NCBI GenBank assembly: GCA_024699715.1
Contig: JANPRD010000002.1
Span: 219,372 to 283,371 of the forward strand
Direction: 5' to 3'
Origin: Candidatus Methanophagales archaeon
Lineage (GTDB): Archaea > Halobacteriota > Syntropharchaeia > Alkanophagales > Methanospirareceae
Length of the DNA stretch: 64,000 nt
The translations under genes were made by a program, and so were the position numbers. Below, piece after piece: positions 21,630 through 31,551 of this stretch (position 1 is the stretch's first letter; every line of letters begins with the position of its first letter). The notes beneath the pieces are model-generated. The model did not search any database. It was given only the letters and a program-made list of their open reading frames with translations, and had not been told where the DNA came from.

Positions 21630-22286
21630 ATGAAATGCGACATGCACATGCACACGAGATATTCGCATGACAGCAATCTTGAACCCCGCAAGATACTGAA
21701 AATAGCGAAGAAGCGGGGGATTGACGCCGTCGCAATCACCGACCATGGAACGATAAAGGGCGGATTAGCCGTGAAAAAGGAGGCAATCAGCATGAATAAT
21801 GCGGTCAGCGTGATAGTAGGTGCGGAGATTTTGACAGAAAGAGGCGAAATAATCGGATTATTTCTTGAAGAAGAGGTGAAATCAACGAATTTTGAGCGAG
21901 TTATTGATGAAATAAAAGCTCAAAATGGCATAGTTGTAGTTCCGCATCCTTTTGATGATTTAAGAGGGAGTGCTTTACACCCTACAAGCGATGATGCTTC
22001 ACTCTTTGATTGTGTTGAAGTGTTCAATTCAAGATGCATCCTCAGAAAGTTCAACGAGAAAGCGTTGGAATTCGCAAATTCGCATAACTTGGGAATGACC
22101 GCAGGGAGCGACGCTCACACCGCAAATGAAATCGGGAATGCATTCGTTTCTGCGGATGTTGATGATATTTGGGATTTAAGGGAGGCGGTATTGAGGCGAG
22201 AAGTGAGCATCTACGGTAAGAAATCGCTTATTTTCAATCATTTATTTTCAAAAATATTGAAAAGATGGAGGAAATTATTACAATGA
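21630..22286 (+). CDS. PHP-domain metal-dependent phosphoesterase
   Basis: CDMHMHTRYSHDS, AITDHGT, VPHPFD and GSDAHT motifs. Confidence 0.8.
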   Translation: MKCDMHMHTRYSHDSNLEPRKILKIAKKRGIDAVAITDHGTIKGGLAVKKEAISMNNAVSVIVGAEILTERGEIIGLFLEEEVKSTNFERVIDEIKAQNGIVVVPHPFDDLRGSALHPTSDDASLFDCVEVFNSRCILRKFNEKALEFANSHNLGMTAGSDAHTANEIGNAFVSADVDDIWDLREAVLRREVSIYGKKSLIFNHLFSKILKRWRKLLQ

Positions 22287-22324
22287 CTTTTCGCAGTTCG
22301 TTTTCACGATTTCCGTCTTTTCGC

Positions 22325-22828
22325 CTATTCGCCTTTTCGCTTCTCTGTCTGCGGTGAGAAATCCACTTCGCATGTCTGGACGAGCATGCCTTTGCTTTGC
22401 TCCCAGGGTTCGCCGACCTTTTTGAAGCCGTATTTTTGAATGACCCGCTCGCAGACCTTGTGTCCTACGAGGATATTCACGATGCCTTTGCACTTGAGCT
22501 TTTTTGCGAGAGCGATGAAGTGTTCGTAAAGGGCGTTTGCGACGCCTTGATTTCTGTGTTCAGGAAGGACAGCGAGCTGCTCGCCGAAGATGTTGCCTTC
22601 GGGCGTGAAAGAGAGCTTGTAGACGCCGACGAGTTTTCCAGCGATGCGAACGCCGAAGAAGGAATAGCCAGCGTCCATCTCACGCAAGACTTCCTCCTCG
22701 CTCATCGCACGCTTACGACGCCACTCCTCAGGATACTCGTATGCCCTCGGCCAGACCTCACAGTAGACACGGGAAATCTCCGCAGCGTCCTTCCTGCTGA
22801 GCTTCTCAACTTTATGCACATGCACCAC
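22325..22828 (-). CDS. GNAT-family N-acetyltransferase
   Basis: QLAVLPEHRNQGVANALYEHF acetyl-CoA binding motif (Q/RxxGxA). Confidence 0.75.
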   Translation of the reverse strand: MVHVHKVEKLSRKDAAEISRVYCEVWPRAYEYPEEWRRKRAMSEEEVLREMDAGYSFFGVRIAGKLVGVYKLSFTPEGNIFGEQLAVLPEHRNQGVANALYEHFIALAKKLKCKGIVNILVGHKVCERVIQKYGFKKVGEPWEQSKGMLVQTCEVDFSPQTEKRKGE

Positions 22829-22982
22829 CTCTTCCCAGCACCACCCTCCACAAACTCACACGCCTCTACTTACTCTCACTTTTACTTTTACACCCCAACC
22901 TCTCTCTCGCACCTTTTTCTGCGCTTGCACCGCTCTCGCCTTAAGGAAAAGTGTTTTAATTTCTGTGCTAAAATAAAATAAG

Positions 22983-24734
22983 ATGAGGTATTCGGAGCTT
23001 GTGGAAGTCTGCGAGGAGATAGAAGCGACGACGAAGCGTCTGGAGATGACGGATTCGCTTGTGAAACTATTCAAGAAGACGCCTGCTGAGCTCATAGACA
23101 AGGTAATTTATCTGATTCAAGGGAAAATTTATCCCGATTTTGTCGGAATAAAGCTCGGAATAGCGGAGAAATTGGCGATAAAAGCGATTTCGCAGGCTTA
23201 CGGCGTTGATAAGAACGAAGTGCTTCGTGATTTCAAGCGACTCGGCGACTTGGGGACGGTTGCGAAAGAGCTTGCAGCGAAAAGAACGCAAGCAGTTTTG
23301 GCATCCGCTCCGCTGACGGTTGAGCGAGTGCATGAGACGCTTGATGAAATAGCGAGGGCTTCAGGCGCAAGGAGTCAAGAGGCGAAAATAGGGTTGCTTG
23401 CGGGCTTACTCGCAGACGCCACTCCAAAAGAGGCGAAGTTCATCGTCAGAACAGTAACAGGAAAAATGCGGCTCGGAATTGCGGATATGACAATCCTTGA
23501 TGCGCTCGCAATCGCATACACAGGTGAAAAGGAAAACAGAAAACACATAGAGCGAGCATACAACACGAGTTCAGATTTGGGAGATGTTGCGAAAACCCTT
23601 GCAACTTCAGGCTTAGAAGGCATAAAAAACTACAAAATACGGGTGGGAAGACCGATAAGGATGATGCTCGCACAACGATTGGCATCTGCGGATGAAATTT
23701 TGAATAAATTGGGTGGCGAGGCTGCTTGCGAGTGGAAGTATGACGGGGAACGCATTCAGATTCACAAGAAAGGGAAAGAGGTCATTCTATTCTCAAGGCG
23801 GCTTGAAAACATAACTGAGCAATATCCTGATGTTTGTGCTACCGTGAGGGAGCATGTGCAGTGCAACGAGGCGATTATTGAGGGCGAGTGCGTCGCAGTG
23901 CATCCCGACACTGGCGAGCTGCTTCCATTTCAAGAACTAATGCATCGCCGTCGCAAGTATGGCGTTGAGGACGCTGCCAAAAAATTTCCCGTGAGTTTGT
24001 TCCTTTTTGATGTCCTTTACATAGACGGAGAAGACCTTACGCAGCAAGAATACATCGTTAGAAGGAAGAAACTTGAGGAAATAGTGCGTTGCGACGAAAG
24101 AATAAGGCTCACTGAAATGCTTCGCACATCAGATTTGAGCGAAGTAGAGCGATTTTTTGAGCATGCGATAGAAGCGGGATGCGAAGGTCTCATCCTGAAG
24201 GCGTTGAACGGTGTCTACCAAGCGGGAGCTCGTGGCTGGCTCTGGATAAAGTTGAAGCGAAGTTACCAGTCAAAGATGGTTGAGCCGATAGATGTTGTTG
24301 TCGTCGGCGCTTTTCACGGCAGAGGTCGCCGCTCAGGCAGTTACGGTGCTTTACTTGCTGCCGTTTACGACAAAGAGAACGATGTTTTCACGACAATTTC
24401 AAAGGTGGGCAGCGGTTTCAAGGACGAGGATTTGGAGAATCTGCCGAAAATGCTTTCACCTTACGAGATTGAGCATGTGCATCCGAGAGTGAAGAGCGAA
24501 ATAGAGGCGGATGTTTGGTTCACGCCGAGTGTAGTGATGGAAATAATAGGCGACGAGCTGACATTGAGTCCTGTTCACACGACTGCATTCGGTAAAATAC
24601 GAGAAGGTGCGGGCATCGCAGTCAGATTTCCGAGATTCACGGGCAGATGGAGGTTTGATAAGTCGCCTGAAGACGCTACTACCGTTGAGGAAATCGTTGA
24701 AATGTATAAATCTCAATTGAAAAAGGTTGAATGA
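22983..24734 (+). CDS. lig: ATP-dependent DNA ligase
   Basis: 583-aa intact ORF. Adenylation motif EWKYDGERIQIH, EGLILK, LWIKLK and a C-terminal OB-fold region. Confidence 0.9.
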   Translation: MRYSELVEVCEEIEATTKRLEMTDSLVKLFKKTPAELIDKVIYLIQGKIYPDFVGIKLGIAEKLAIKAISQAYGVDKNEVLRDFKRLGDLGTVAKELAAKRTQAVLASAPLTVERVHETLDEIARASGARSQEAKIGLLAGLLADATPKEAKFIVRTVTGKMRLGIADMTILDALAIAYTGEKENRKHIERAYNTSSDLGDVAKTLATSGLEGIKNYKIRVGRPIRMMLAQRLASADEILNKLGGEAACEWKYDGERIQIHKKGKEVILFSRRLENITEQYPDVCATVREHVQCNEAIIEGECVAVHPDTGELLPFQELMHRRRKYGVEDAAKKFPVSLFLFDVLYIDGEDLTQQEYIVRRKKLEEIVRCDERIRLTEMLRTSDLSEVERFFEHAIEAGCEGLILKALNGVYQAGARGWLWIKLKRSYQSKMVEPIDVVVVGAFHGRGRRSGSYGALLAAVYDKENDVFTTISKVGSGFKDEDLENLPKMLSPYEIEHVHPRVKSEIEADVWFTPSVVMEIIGDELTLSPVHTTAFGKIREGAGIAVRFPRFTGRWRFDKSPEDATTVEEIVEMYKSQLKKVE

Positions 24735-24895
24735 ACGCTTCTACTCTCGCATTCACATTCTCACCGCTCTCATTTGCCTTTTCCCCAATTTACTACCGAC
24801 AGGCGCTTCTTTACGCTCTCCCTTTCCTGCACTGGCTATTCCGCACCGACTTCCTTTTTATACTCATGCATCCAACTTAAGGATGGTGAGGAGGA

Positions 24896-25048
24896 ATGTG
24901 CAGCGTCGGGGGAGGAGACTTCAATTTGGAGGTTGAGGAGTTAGAGGCGGTGAAATACAAGTGCAAGGACTGCGGGAATGTGTTTGAGGCGATAGGCGAG
25001 GCTTTCAAGTGCCCCGCATGCAAGTCCTCGAATGTGGTGCGAGCGTGA
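24896..25048 (+). CDS. Small zinc-ribbon protein (50 aa), below the ORF-track size cutoff
   Basis: ATG at 24896 preceded by ggtgaggagg. MCSVGGGDFNLEVEELEAVKYKCKDCGNVFEAIGEAFKCPACKSSNVVRA has a CxxC..CxxC pattern. AT-rich box ttttatac about 35 nt upstream. Confidence 0.5.
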   Translation: MCSVGGGDFNLEVEELEAVKYKCKDCGNVFEAIGEAFKCPACKSSNVVRA

Positions 25049-25118
25049 GCATGAGTGAGCAAAAAGCGGGAGAGAGCAAGCAAGAGGAGGCGAGTGAGGT
25101 GAAACGACGGCGAAAACA

Positions 25119-25676
25119 GTGAGGAAAATTCCTCTCGGTGCGGATGAGATTTTGTTTGTGAAGGGGAAAGCGGGTGTGCTTGCAATTGCGAAGGTCGGCA
25201 CGCAACGGGAATTTCTGGTAGAGACGCCTGAAAAGGAGATTTTTCTCTTCGCCTCTCCAGAGGACTTGATTGTTGCCTCTGGCTTCTACGCCTCTTTGAA
25301 CGCAAGCGATAGTAAAAGCAGTAACAATAGCAGCGAAAACGGTGGAAACAGCGGTGAGAGTGAGGTAAAGAAGCGTGCAGCGGAGAATGCATTACTGCGG
25401 GGTCTGAAATGCGTTATTTTCATGCTTCGTGAGTTGAATTCGCCGTTAATTGTGCTTCCGAAGGGGCATCCCGCAACGAAACGCCTCAGAACAGTTGTAT
25501 CTGTTGGAAAGCGAATTGTTTTAAGCTGCGAAATCACGCCAGGGACGCATCCCGAACAGCACTTGCTCTGCTCCCCTTCAGAGTTCAACGGCGTTGAAAT
25601 CCTCGCTTACAAAGGCGGTGTGTTGTTCAAAGGTCTCAGCGACGCCGTGAGTTTGGAAAGGGTTTCACTGAATTGA
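25119..25676 (+). CDS. Hypothetical protein with a Ser/Asn/Gly-rich insert
   Basis: 185-aa ORF from GTG 25119. A 23-codon GA-rich ORF (ATG 25051, MSEQKAGESKQEEASEVKRRRKQ) abuts it in another frame, so the true N-terminus is uncertain. No recognisable family. Confidence 0.4.
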   Translation: MRKIPLGADEILFVKGKAGVLAIAKVGTQREFLVETPEKEIFLFASPEDLIVASGFYASLNASDSKSSNNSSENGGNSGESEVKKRAAENALLRGLKCVIFMLRELNSPLIVLPKGHPATKRLRTVVSVGKRIVLSCEITPGTHPEQHLLCSPSEFNGVEILAYKGGVLFKGLSDAVSLERVSLN

Positions 25677-25677
25677 A

Positions 25678-26226
25678 TTATTCTTCCTCCAATCGTGTGT
25701 TACCGATGTCAGCATAACGCAAACGCTTCTTTTCTCTTCCGACCTCGTATTCCATTTCTTCCATGTGAGCATATCTTAAGACGCTTCCCACCCTCTGGGC
25801 TTGCCCCAGGAGGTGTTCAGGCACGAAAACAAGCGCTTTCGTCGGGCAAACTTCCACACATTTCGGATACTGCTGACCGCATAAATCACACTTTATCGGC
25901 TCATCCACCTCAGGATGCACGAAAATCGCACCAAAAGGACACGATACTACACAATTGTAGCAGGCGGAACATCTCTCCTTGTCTATAATGACAACGCCAC
26001 TACCGTCATTAATACGAATCGCCTCTGAAGGGCAGTTCGCCATGCATTTCGGCGATTTGCACTGCCTGCAGAACACGGGCATCCTCACGACAGGCTGCGG
26101 GTATATTGAAATCACCCTCAGCGCCGCCTTCTTCGGATTCAGCACGCCAAACTTCTCCAAAGAGCATGCAAGCTCGCAGAGACGGCAGCCTGAACACCGC
26201 TCCGGAATCACCGCAAGCCGCCTCAT
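25678..26226 (-). CDS. 4Fe-4S dicluster (ferredoxin-type) electron-transfer protein
   Basis: Four Cys clusters: CSGCRLCELAC, CRQCKSPKCMANCP, CSACYNCVVSCP and CDLCGQQYPKCVEVCP. Confidence 0.8.
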   Translation of the reverse strand: MRRLAVIPERCSGCRLCELACSLEKFGVLNPKKAALRVISIYPQPVVRMPVFCRQCKSPKCMANCPSEAIRINDGSGVVIIDKERCSACYNCVVSCPFGAIFVHPEVDEPIKCDLCGQQYPKCVEVCPTKALVFVPEHLLGQAQRVGSVLRYAHMEEMEYEVGREKKRLRYADIGNTRLEEE

Positions 26227-26375
26227 CCTTCGCCACCTTCTCCTTTTACCGCTTTTGCATTTGCCCCTTAGCTATCTCCAGCAAGCCGACCTTCGCTCCT
26301 CTACTTCGCAAGACTTAAAAAGATTTTCCATGCAGGGAAATTAACTAAATAACCGTTATTCAAAAATATTTCACA

Positions 26376-27041
26376 CTATCTACTACCTTTTGACATACTC
26401 ATCATATATCTAATGCCCCTTTTCGTGAGTCTTTTACCTCCATTCGCATCTTCAAGCATTCCTATCTCGCTCAAATGCTCCAAATAACGCCTCATCTCTT
26501 CCTCGCTTATGCCGAAGGATGATGCCATTTTCTCCATTTCCGTGAAGTCAAACGCACCCGCATAAATGAGTGCGAGAATCTGATTTTCAATGTCTGAAAT
26601 GTCCTTCTCAACGCTGTATTTGCTCAATATTTCACTAATTTGCTTTTTCAAAGTGCTTATTATGTCTCCTTTTGATATGATTAGTGAGGATTTAACCTTT
26701 GAGTCCTCGTCAATATATTCTATTGAAATAGCGGCATATTCTACTCCCTTATATTTGCCCCTCTTCTTCTCCTCAACATTCACAACAACATCCCATTCTA
26801 TTCGCTTTTGACCCTCTCTGTCTATGAGCCATAGTGCGAAAGGCGAGAGCTTCAGTATGCCCTTACGCAGTCTCATTTCCTTTGTGAGCGTTTGTGCGAA
26901 GAAAACGCTGAATTCCCGTGCATTCATTCGCATGAGTATCTCACGCTCCAAGTCATTTATCGCTTCAGCTCGCATCCGAACTTGAACATAAGCAAGCTGA
27001 GAGCCTTCTTCACCTGAAAACTCACCTTCATAACCCAACAT
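26376..27041 (-). CDS. Hypothetical protein, possible C-terminal winged-helix
   Basis: Intact 221-aa ORF in an AT-richer patch. The C-terminal EEEMRRYLEHLSEIGMLEDANGGKRLTKRGIRYM looks wHTH-like. No family recognised. Confidence 0.35.
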   Translation of the reverse strand: MLGYEGEFSGEEGSQLAYVQVRMRAEAINDLEREILMRMNAREFSVFFAQTLTKEMRLRKGILKLSPFALWLIDREGQKRIEWDVVVNVEEKKRGKYKGVEYAAISIEYIDEDSKVKSSLIISKGDIISTLKKQISEILSKYSVEKDISDIENQILALIYAGAFDFTEMEKMASSFGISEEEMRRYLEHLSEIGMLEDANGGKRLTKRGIRYMMSMSKGSR

Positions 27042-27273
27042 TAACTCCTCTTCATCTCACTCTTTTCACATCTTTTATACTGCTTATATTGATTTTTAAG
27101 ACTTCCTCCCCTTTCTCTTTCACCTCTAATCCGCCAAAATACTCCTTTCTTTTGCTTTGATTACATTTCATAGAAAATTAATGTATTATTTTCAAGAACA
27201 AGCTTTCCTTCTCTCCAAATGTCCTCACCGACGATGCGAAATCTCATTTATCCATTTCCTCCTCCAACACGGA

Positions 27274-28884
27274 TTAAATCCATTCCTTCCTAACACCGCC
27301 TCCTCTACCTTCTGCACCTTCCGCAACGCCTTCTTTAGCCTCTCTCGCTTCCGCTTCCGAGCCTCGCCGACGACGAATGAAAAATACCGCAGCGGCGGCA
27401 CAGCAAACGGCGACGAGCAGAAAGAGAAAGAAGAAGTTGAGAGCGGAAAACCCCTCCGCAGTGGCTTGCGTAGATGCGTTTTCGGCGGGAGAGGACGCTT
27501 GAGAGGCATTTGAGGGGGATGGCGAGCGAGAGATTGATGTGGAGGCGTTAGAGGTGGGGGAAGAGGCGGTTTGATTCGGTGGATTTGGCGAGGGAGACGG
27601 GGAGACGAGGAGACGGGAAGGCGAAGTAGGCGAGGGAGTCGGAGGAGGCGAAGGAGAAGGGGAGGGAGAGGAGGATGCGAATGCTCGCATCACTTTCACA
27701 TAATCTCTGGAGGGTTGCCAGCGTTCCATCATCTCTTCAGGCGAAAGCACCAAGTAGATTGCACCTTCACTGCCGACGAAAATCTCACGAATGCCTCCTC
27801 GCAAGGGTTTTGCAACACCAACGACGAAAATCGTATCGCCTTCTCTGAGAGCGAGGTGAAAACGGTCATCTACATGCACGAAATCGTGATATATGTCATA
27901 ATGCCACGGACTTTCAACCCTCACAATCACCTTTTTCACCACACCTAATTCAAATGTCTCGTTGGGAGATTTGAGCAGAATTGAGTAATTATCAAGCCCA
28001 CTATTATGCAGAATCTTCTCTATTTTACCCTTCAATGTGATTGTTTCGTTTGTGTAAGCACTGCTACTGAGGAACTCTTCAAAAGAAAGAGCGTATCTGC
28101 TCGGCGGAATCGGCGCATTTTCAAAACCGAGAACCTCCTCTTTGTCAGGGATGCCGTCTCCGTCGGTGTCTGCTTTCGTAGGGTCTGTGCGAACGCCGTA
28201 AGTGCCGTAAATTTCTTCAGCGTCCAAGAGACCGTCGCCGTCGCTGTCTGCTTCCGCAGGGTTTGTTCCGTAGATACTGACCTCTTCGCCGTCGCTCAGA
28301 CCGTCGCCGTCGCTGTCCTTCACAGTGGGATTTGTCTCCGCTGAAATCTCGTCGCCGTCGCTCAGACCGTCGCCGTCTGTGTCTGAATTCGTGGGGTCAA
28401 GCCTGTAAAGCGAGGGTATTTTCCCGCTCCGCTCAACAATTTCGCTGCGAACTTTATCCCTGTCGTTCTCTTCAGGTTTAATTTCGCTCATTTGCGTCTC
28501 ATTTCCAGTGTCAATGTATGCAATAATCTCGTCAAGGTCGCTCAAGCCGTCACCATCGGTGTCATCAGAGAGCGGGTCGGTGCGAAAGCCGAACATTCCC
28601 GTCGTTTCAGCAAGATTTGAGATGCCGTCGTCGTCAGTGTCAGGGTCAAAAGGGTCATATTCCCGCTTGTATTCCTCCAAGTTCGTCAAGCCGTTGTAGT
28701 TGTAATCCTTTGAGGCATCTGAGGCGTCGTTGGGGTCAAGTCCATGCTCAAGTTCCCAGCCGTCGGGGATGCCGTCGCCATCAGAGTCCTTCTTCAGTGG
28801 ATGCTGTCCCGAAGAAACTGTGAAAATAACGCTCAATACCAGTAGCACAGCACAGAATAATAACAAGAATGAACGCCCCACCAT
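27274..28884 (-). CDS. Secreted surface protein with thrombospondin type-3-like Ca-binding repeats, Pro/Ser/Thr linker and C-terminal TM anchor
   Basis: Signal-like MVGRSFLLLFCAVLLVLSV (start moved to 28884). At least 7 DxDxDGxxDxxE units (DSDGDGIPDGWE, DTDGDGLSDLDE...). SPSPSPSPPPTPSPTSPS linker. EGFSALNFFFLFLLVAVCCAAAAVFFIRRRR tail. Confidence 0.7.
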   Translation of the reverse strand: MVGRSFLLLFCAVLLVLSVIFTVSSGQHPLKKDSDGDGIPDGWELEHGLDPNDASDASKDYNYNGLTNLEEYKREYDPFDPDTDDDGISNLAETTGMFGFRTDPLSDDTDGDGLSDLDEIIAYIDTGNETQMSEIKPEENDRDKVRSEIVERSGKIPSLYRLDPTNSDTDGDGLSDGDEISAETNPTVKDSDGDGLSDGEEVSIYGTNPAEADSDGDGLLDAEEIYGTYGVRTDPTKADTDGDGIPDKEEVLGFENAPIPPSRYALSFEEFLSSSAYTNETITLKGKIEKILHNSGLDNYSILLKSPNETFELGVVKKVIVRVESPWHYDIYHDFVHVDDRFHLALREGDTIFVVGVAKPLRGGIREIFVGSEGAIYLVLSPEEMMERWQPSRDYVKVMRAFASSSPSPSPSPPPTPSPTSPSRLLVSPSPSPNPPNQTASSPTSNASTSISRSPSPSNASQASSPAENASTQATAEGFSALNFFFLFLLVAVCCAAAAVFFIRRRRGSEAEAREAKEGVAEGAEGRGGGVRKEWI

Positions 28885-29030
28885 CCCCCTCACATCCTCA
28901 TTCTCACGAAAATTTATAAAATTACCCGATTTGAAAATCAAATTGAAGACATTTGAAAAATTTTTGCCCCTCTTCACATCACTTTAAACACACATCTGCT
29001 TTTCCTCGCTTTTCTACCCTTTGGAGACAC

Positions 29031-29396
29031 TCATTTTTTCATTGCGAGCCACCATTGACACAAATTATTGATGCAAATAATGAAATATAAGAATGATAAA
29101 GCCATTAAGCATCGCAAACTGCTCTCTCCTATCGCCTTTTTACCCTCTTCCGTTCTGCTAAATATGTATAAGAGGACATACAAAGAGAACAGAATGAGGG
29201 GTGCAAATATCTTAAAATGCTCCGCAAACGGAAATAAGTGGTAAAATGGATTTAGTTCCCTCACGCCCGCTGTCGCTAACGCAATTTTCGTCGTGACCAA
29301 ATCAAGCATATTAAATACGAAATACGGGATGAAAAAGAGGAGCATTCTGCTGATGTAGTAATCTTCTTCCCCCTTTAACCTTATCTCCTCCCTCAT
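29031..29396 (-). CDS. Small integral membrane protein (possibly DUF5658-like)
   Basis: 121-aa ORF with 3-4 hydrophobic segments. MLDLVTTKIALATAGVRELNP resembles the D..T....G..E.NP pattern as I recall it. Confidence 0.35.
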   Translation of the reverse strand: MREEIRLKGEEDYYISRMLLFFIPYFVFNMLDLVTTKIALATAGVRELNPFYHLFPFAEHFKIFAPLILFSLYVLLYIFSRTEEGKKAIGESSLRCLMALSFLYFIICINNLCQWWLAMKK

Positions 29397-29781
29397 CCAT
29401 AAGGAAATCCCGAAACAAAATTATATAAATACTATTGTTTTTCTTTCTTTTTGCTTTCCCTTCGCATCAAATAATCTAAAAATTGCAATAATATGCTGAT
29501 TTCATTAAGTTAAGTGTCAAATATTCTTGCAGTCTATCTGAATAACTTTCAAAAACATTTTAAATTTGCCCGCCTTTGCCCACCTTTGCCACTACTTACC
29601 CTCTCCCTTCTTCCTTGACGCCCTTCTCTTTTTCGCCCCTTCCACTCACCACACGACGCCCTTACGGCTTCTTTGCATTGAAGCATAGGAGATGAAAACA
29701 ACGAAACGGTGAGGGAGCGTGAGGAGAGAGAAGGAAAGCTGTGAAGAACGGAAGCAACGAAAAATGCTGCGAGCGCAAAAT

Positions 29782-31551
29782 TCAAATTTTCTTTTTGTGA
29801 ATGTGGAGCAATTTTCCCACTTTTCTTCGCCTCTCTTCTTTCAAGAAATCGGCAATTACCCTATGAGGAATGCCCATTTTCTTCGCTATATCTTCTTCTG
29901 TGAAGCCTTTTGCCAGCAAATTCCTCAACATTCGCACTTGAGATGGATTCAATTTCTTGTCCTTTTCCTCTCTCATTTTATTCTTTAATGCCAAACCACC
30001 ACTCATTAGCGTTGTGCACTCCTTCTGTTGCATCCTCTTCCTAACCTCCTCAGCAAGACGCTTTGCATACGGAATACTCTCCGCATCCTCCTTTTTCTTC
30101 CTCTTAAGCTCCTCTAACGCCTCCTCAAAAGCGTGTTGCACCTCAATATCCTCTTCGGATGCGAGTGCCTTTGATATTGCGGACTCTGCACCCTCTTCTC
30201 CTCGCTTTGCGAGAGCAAGAGCGGCGCCGATGCGAATTTTCTTGTTTTTATCGCTTAAAGCACGAATAAGATGCTCCTTAACTCCCTCTCCCTCAATCTT
30301 AGAAAGTATTTCCACCACTTTTCTCTGCAATTTATCCTCCTTCAACGCTTTTATTAAGTGAGGAACAGCTGAAATTCCGATTTTAAGAAGAGCTTCTTTC
30401 GCACTCTCAACAACAAAACGAGATGCGTCTCCGAGTGCTTTTATGAGTTTTTCAACTGCACTTGCATCTCCTATCTCGCCGAGCGCCCATGCAGCACTCG
30501 CACGAACCTTCTCCGAAGGGTCGTCAAGCAGTGAAATGAGATGCTTAACGGCACGCTCGTCCTTCAATTTTCCGAGAGCGGAGACCGCACACCAGCGCAC
30601 TTCTTCGTCCTCTTCTTTTGACGCTTCAAGTAGCGGCTCAAATGCTCCTATATTTGCGAGAGCTTGTGCGGCACACCAGCGCACCTCAAAATTCTTGTCG
30701 TGCAGTGCTTTTGTGAGAGGTTCTATTGCATCCTTCATGCGTAGATTTCCGAGAGCGAGAGCAGCACCCTTCCTCACTCTCGCCTTCTTAGCGCTTAACG
30801 CTTGAACAAGCGGCTCAAAAGCATCCTTCCCCATCTTTCCGAGAGCGGCGACAGCCTTCTCACGCACGCCCCTGTCCTCATCGTTCAGTGCTTTTATGAG
30901 CTTTTCAACCGCCTTCGCATCTCCTATCTCGCCGAGCGCCTGAGCAGCACTCGCACGGACATCCGCATCCCCATCTTTGAGCAAAACTTCGGAAAGAGGT
31001 TCTACCGCCTGAGTGTCTTTCAATTTTCCGAGAGCATCCGCAGCGCACTTCCGCAAGCGCCAGTCGTCATCGTAAAGTGCAACAATGAAAGGATGCCCTT
31101 CCTTGAATCTGCGCAGCTCACGCTCCTTCTCTTCTTCCCTCCTTTTCTCCTCCGCTAATTCAACAATGTAGCGAGCAAGCTCCTCAAACACCACGGATGG
31201 CTTCCTGTCCTTTCGCACATATCTGTTCGCTCCTTTGTTCAGTGCTTCCATCGCAACTCGCTCTTCCCCTCTTCCCGTGAATATAATGAATGGTGTTTTT
31301 ATGCCTCTCCTTCTGACTTCTTGCAAAAACTCTATTCCACTCATATCAGGCATCATATAATCAGAAATAATCACATCAAAATCACAATCCTTTAGCAACT
31401 CTAAGCCCTGCTTCGCCGATAGTGCAGGTGTTATTTCTATGTTGTCGTATCCCATTCGCTTCAAAAATATGTTCGTCACATGTATTGCCCCCTCCTCATC
31501 ATCCACATATAACACCTTTATCTTCCTCTCCTTCCCCTCTTCATCCTCCAT
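29782..31551 (-). CDS. Response-regulator receiver + about 9 HEAT_PBS-type repeats + C-terminal helix-turn-helix
   Basis: REC: KVLYVDDEEG...VIISDYMMPDMSG...FTGRG...KGANRYVRK. Repeats of D.DVR..AA.ALG.IGD..AVE.LI.AL. C-terminal LLAKGFTEEDIAKKMGIPHRVIADFLKE. Confidence 0.8.
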   Translation of the reverse strand: MEDEEGKERKIKVLYVDDEEGAIHVTNIFLKRMGYDNIEITPALSAKQGLELLKDCDFDVIISDYMMPDMSGIEFLQEVRRRGIKTPFIIFTGRGEERVAMEALNKGANRYVRKDRKPSVVFEELARYIVELAEEKRREEEKERELRRFKEGHPFIVALYDDDWRLRKCAADALGKLKDTQAVEPLSEVLLKDGDADVRASAAQALGEIGDAKAVEKLIKALNDEDRGVREKAVAALGKMGKDAFEPLVQALSAKKARVRKGAALALGNLRMKDAIEPLTKALHDKNFEVRWCAAQALANIGAFEPLLEASKEEDEEVRWCAVSALGKLKDERAVKHLISLLDDPSEKVRASAAWALGEIGDASAVEKLIKALGDASRFVVESAKEALLKIGISAVPHLIKALKEDKLQRKVVEILSKIEGEGVKEHLIRALSDKNKKIRIGAALALAKRGEEGAESAISKALASEEDIEVQHAFEEALEELKRKKKEDAESIPYAKRLAEEVRKRMQQKECTTLMSGGLALKNKMREEKDKKLNPSQVRMLRNLLAKGFTEEDIAKKMGIPHRVIADFLKEERRRKVGKLLHIHKKKI

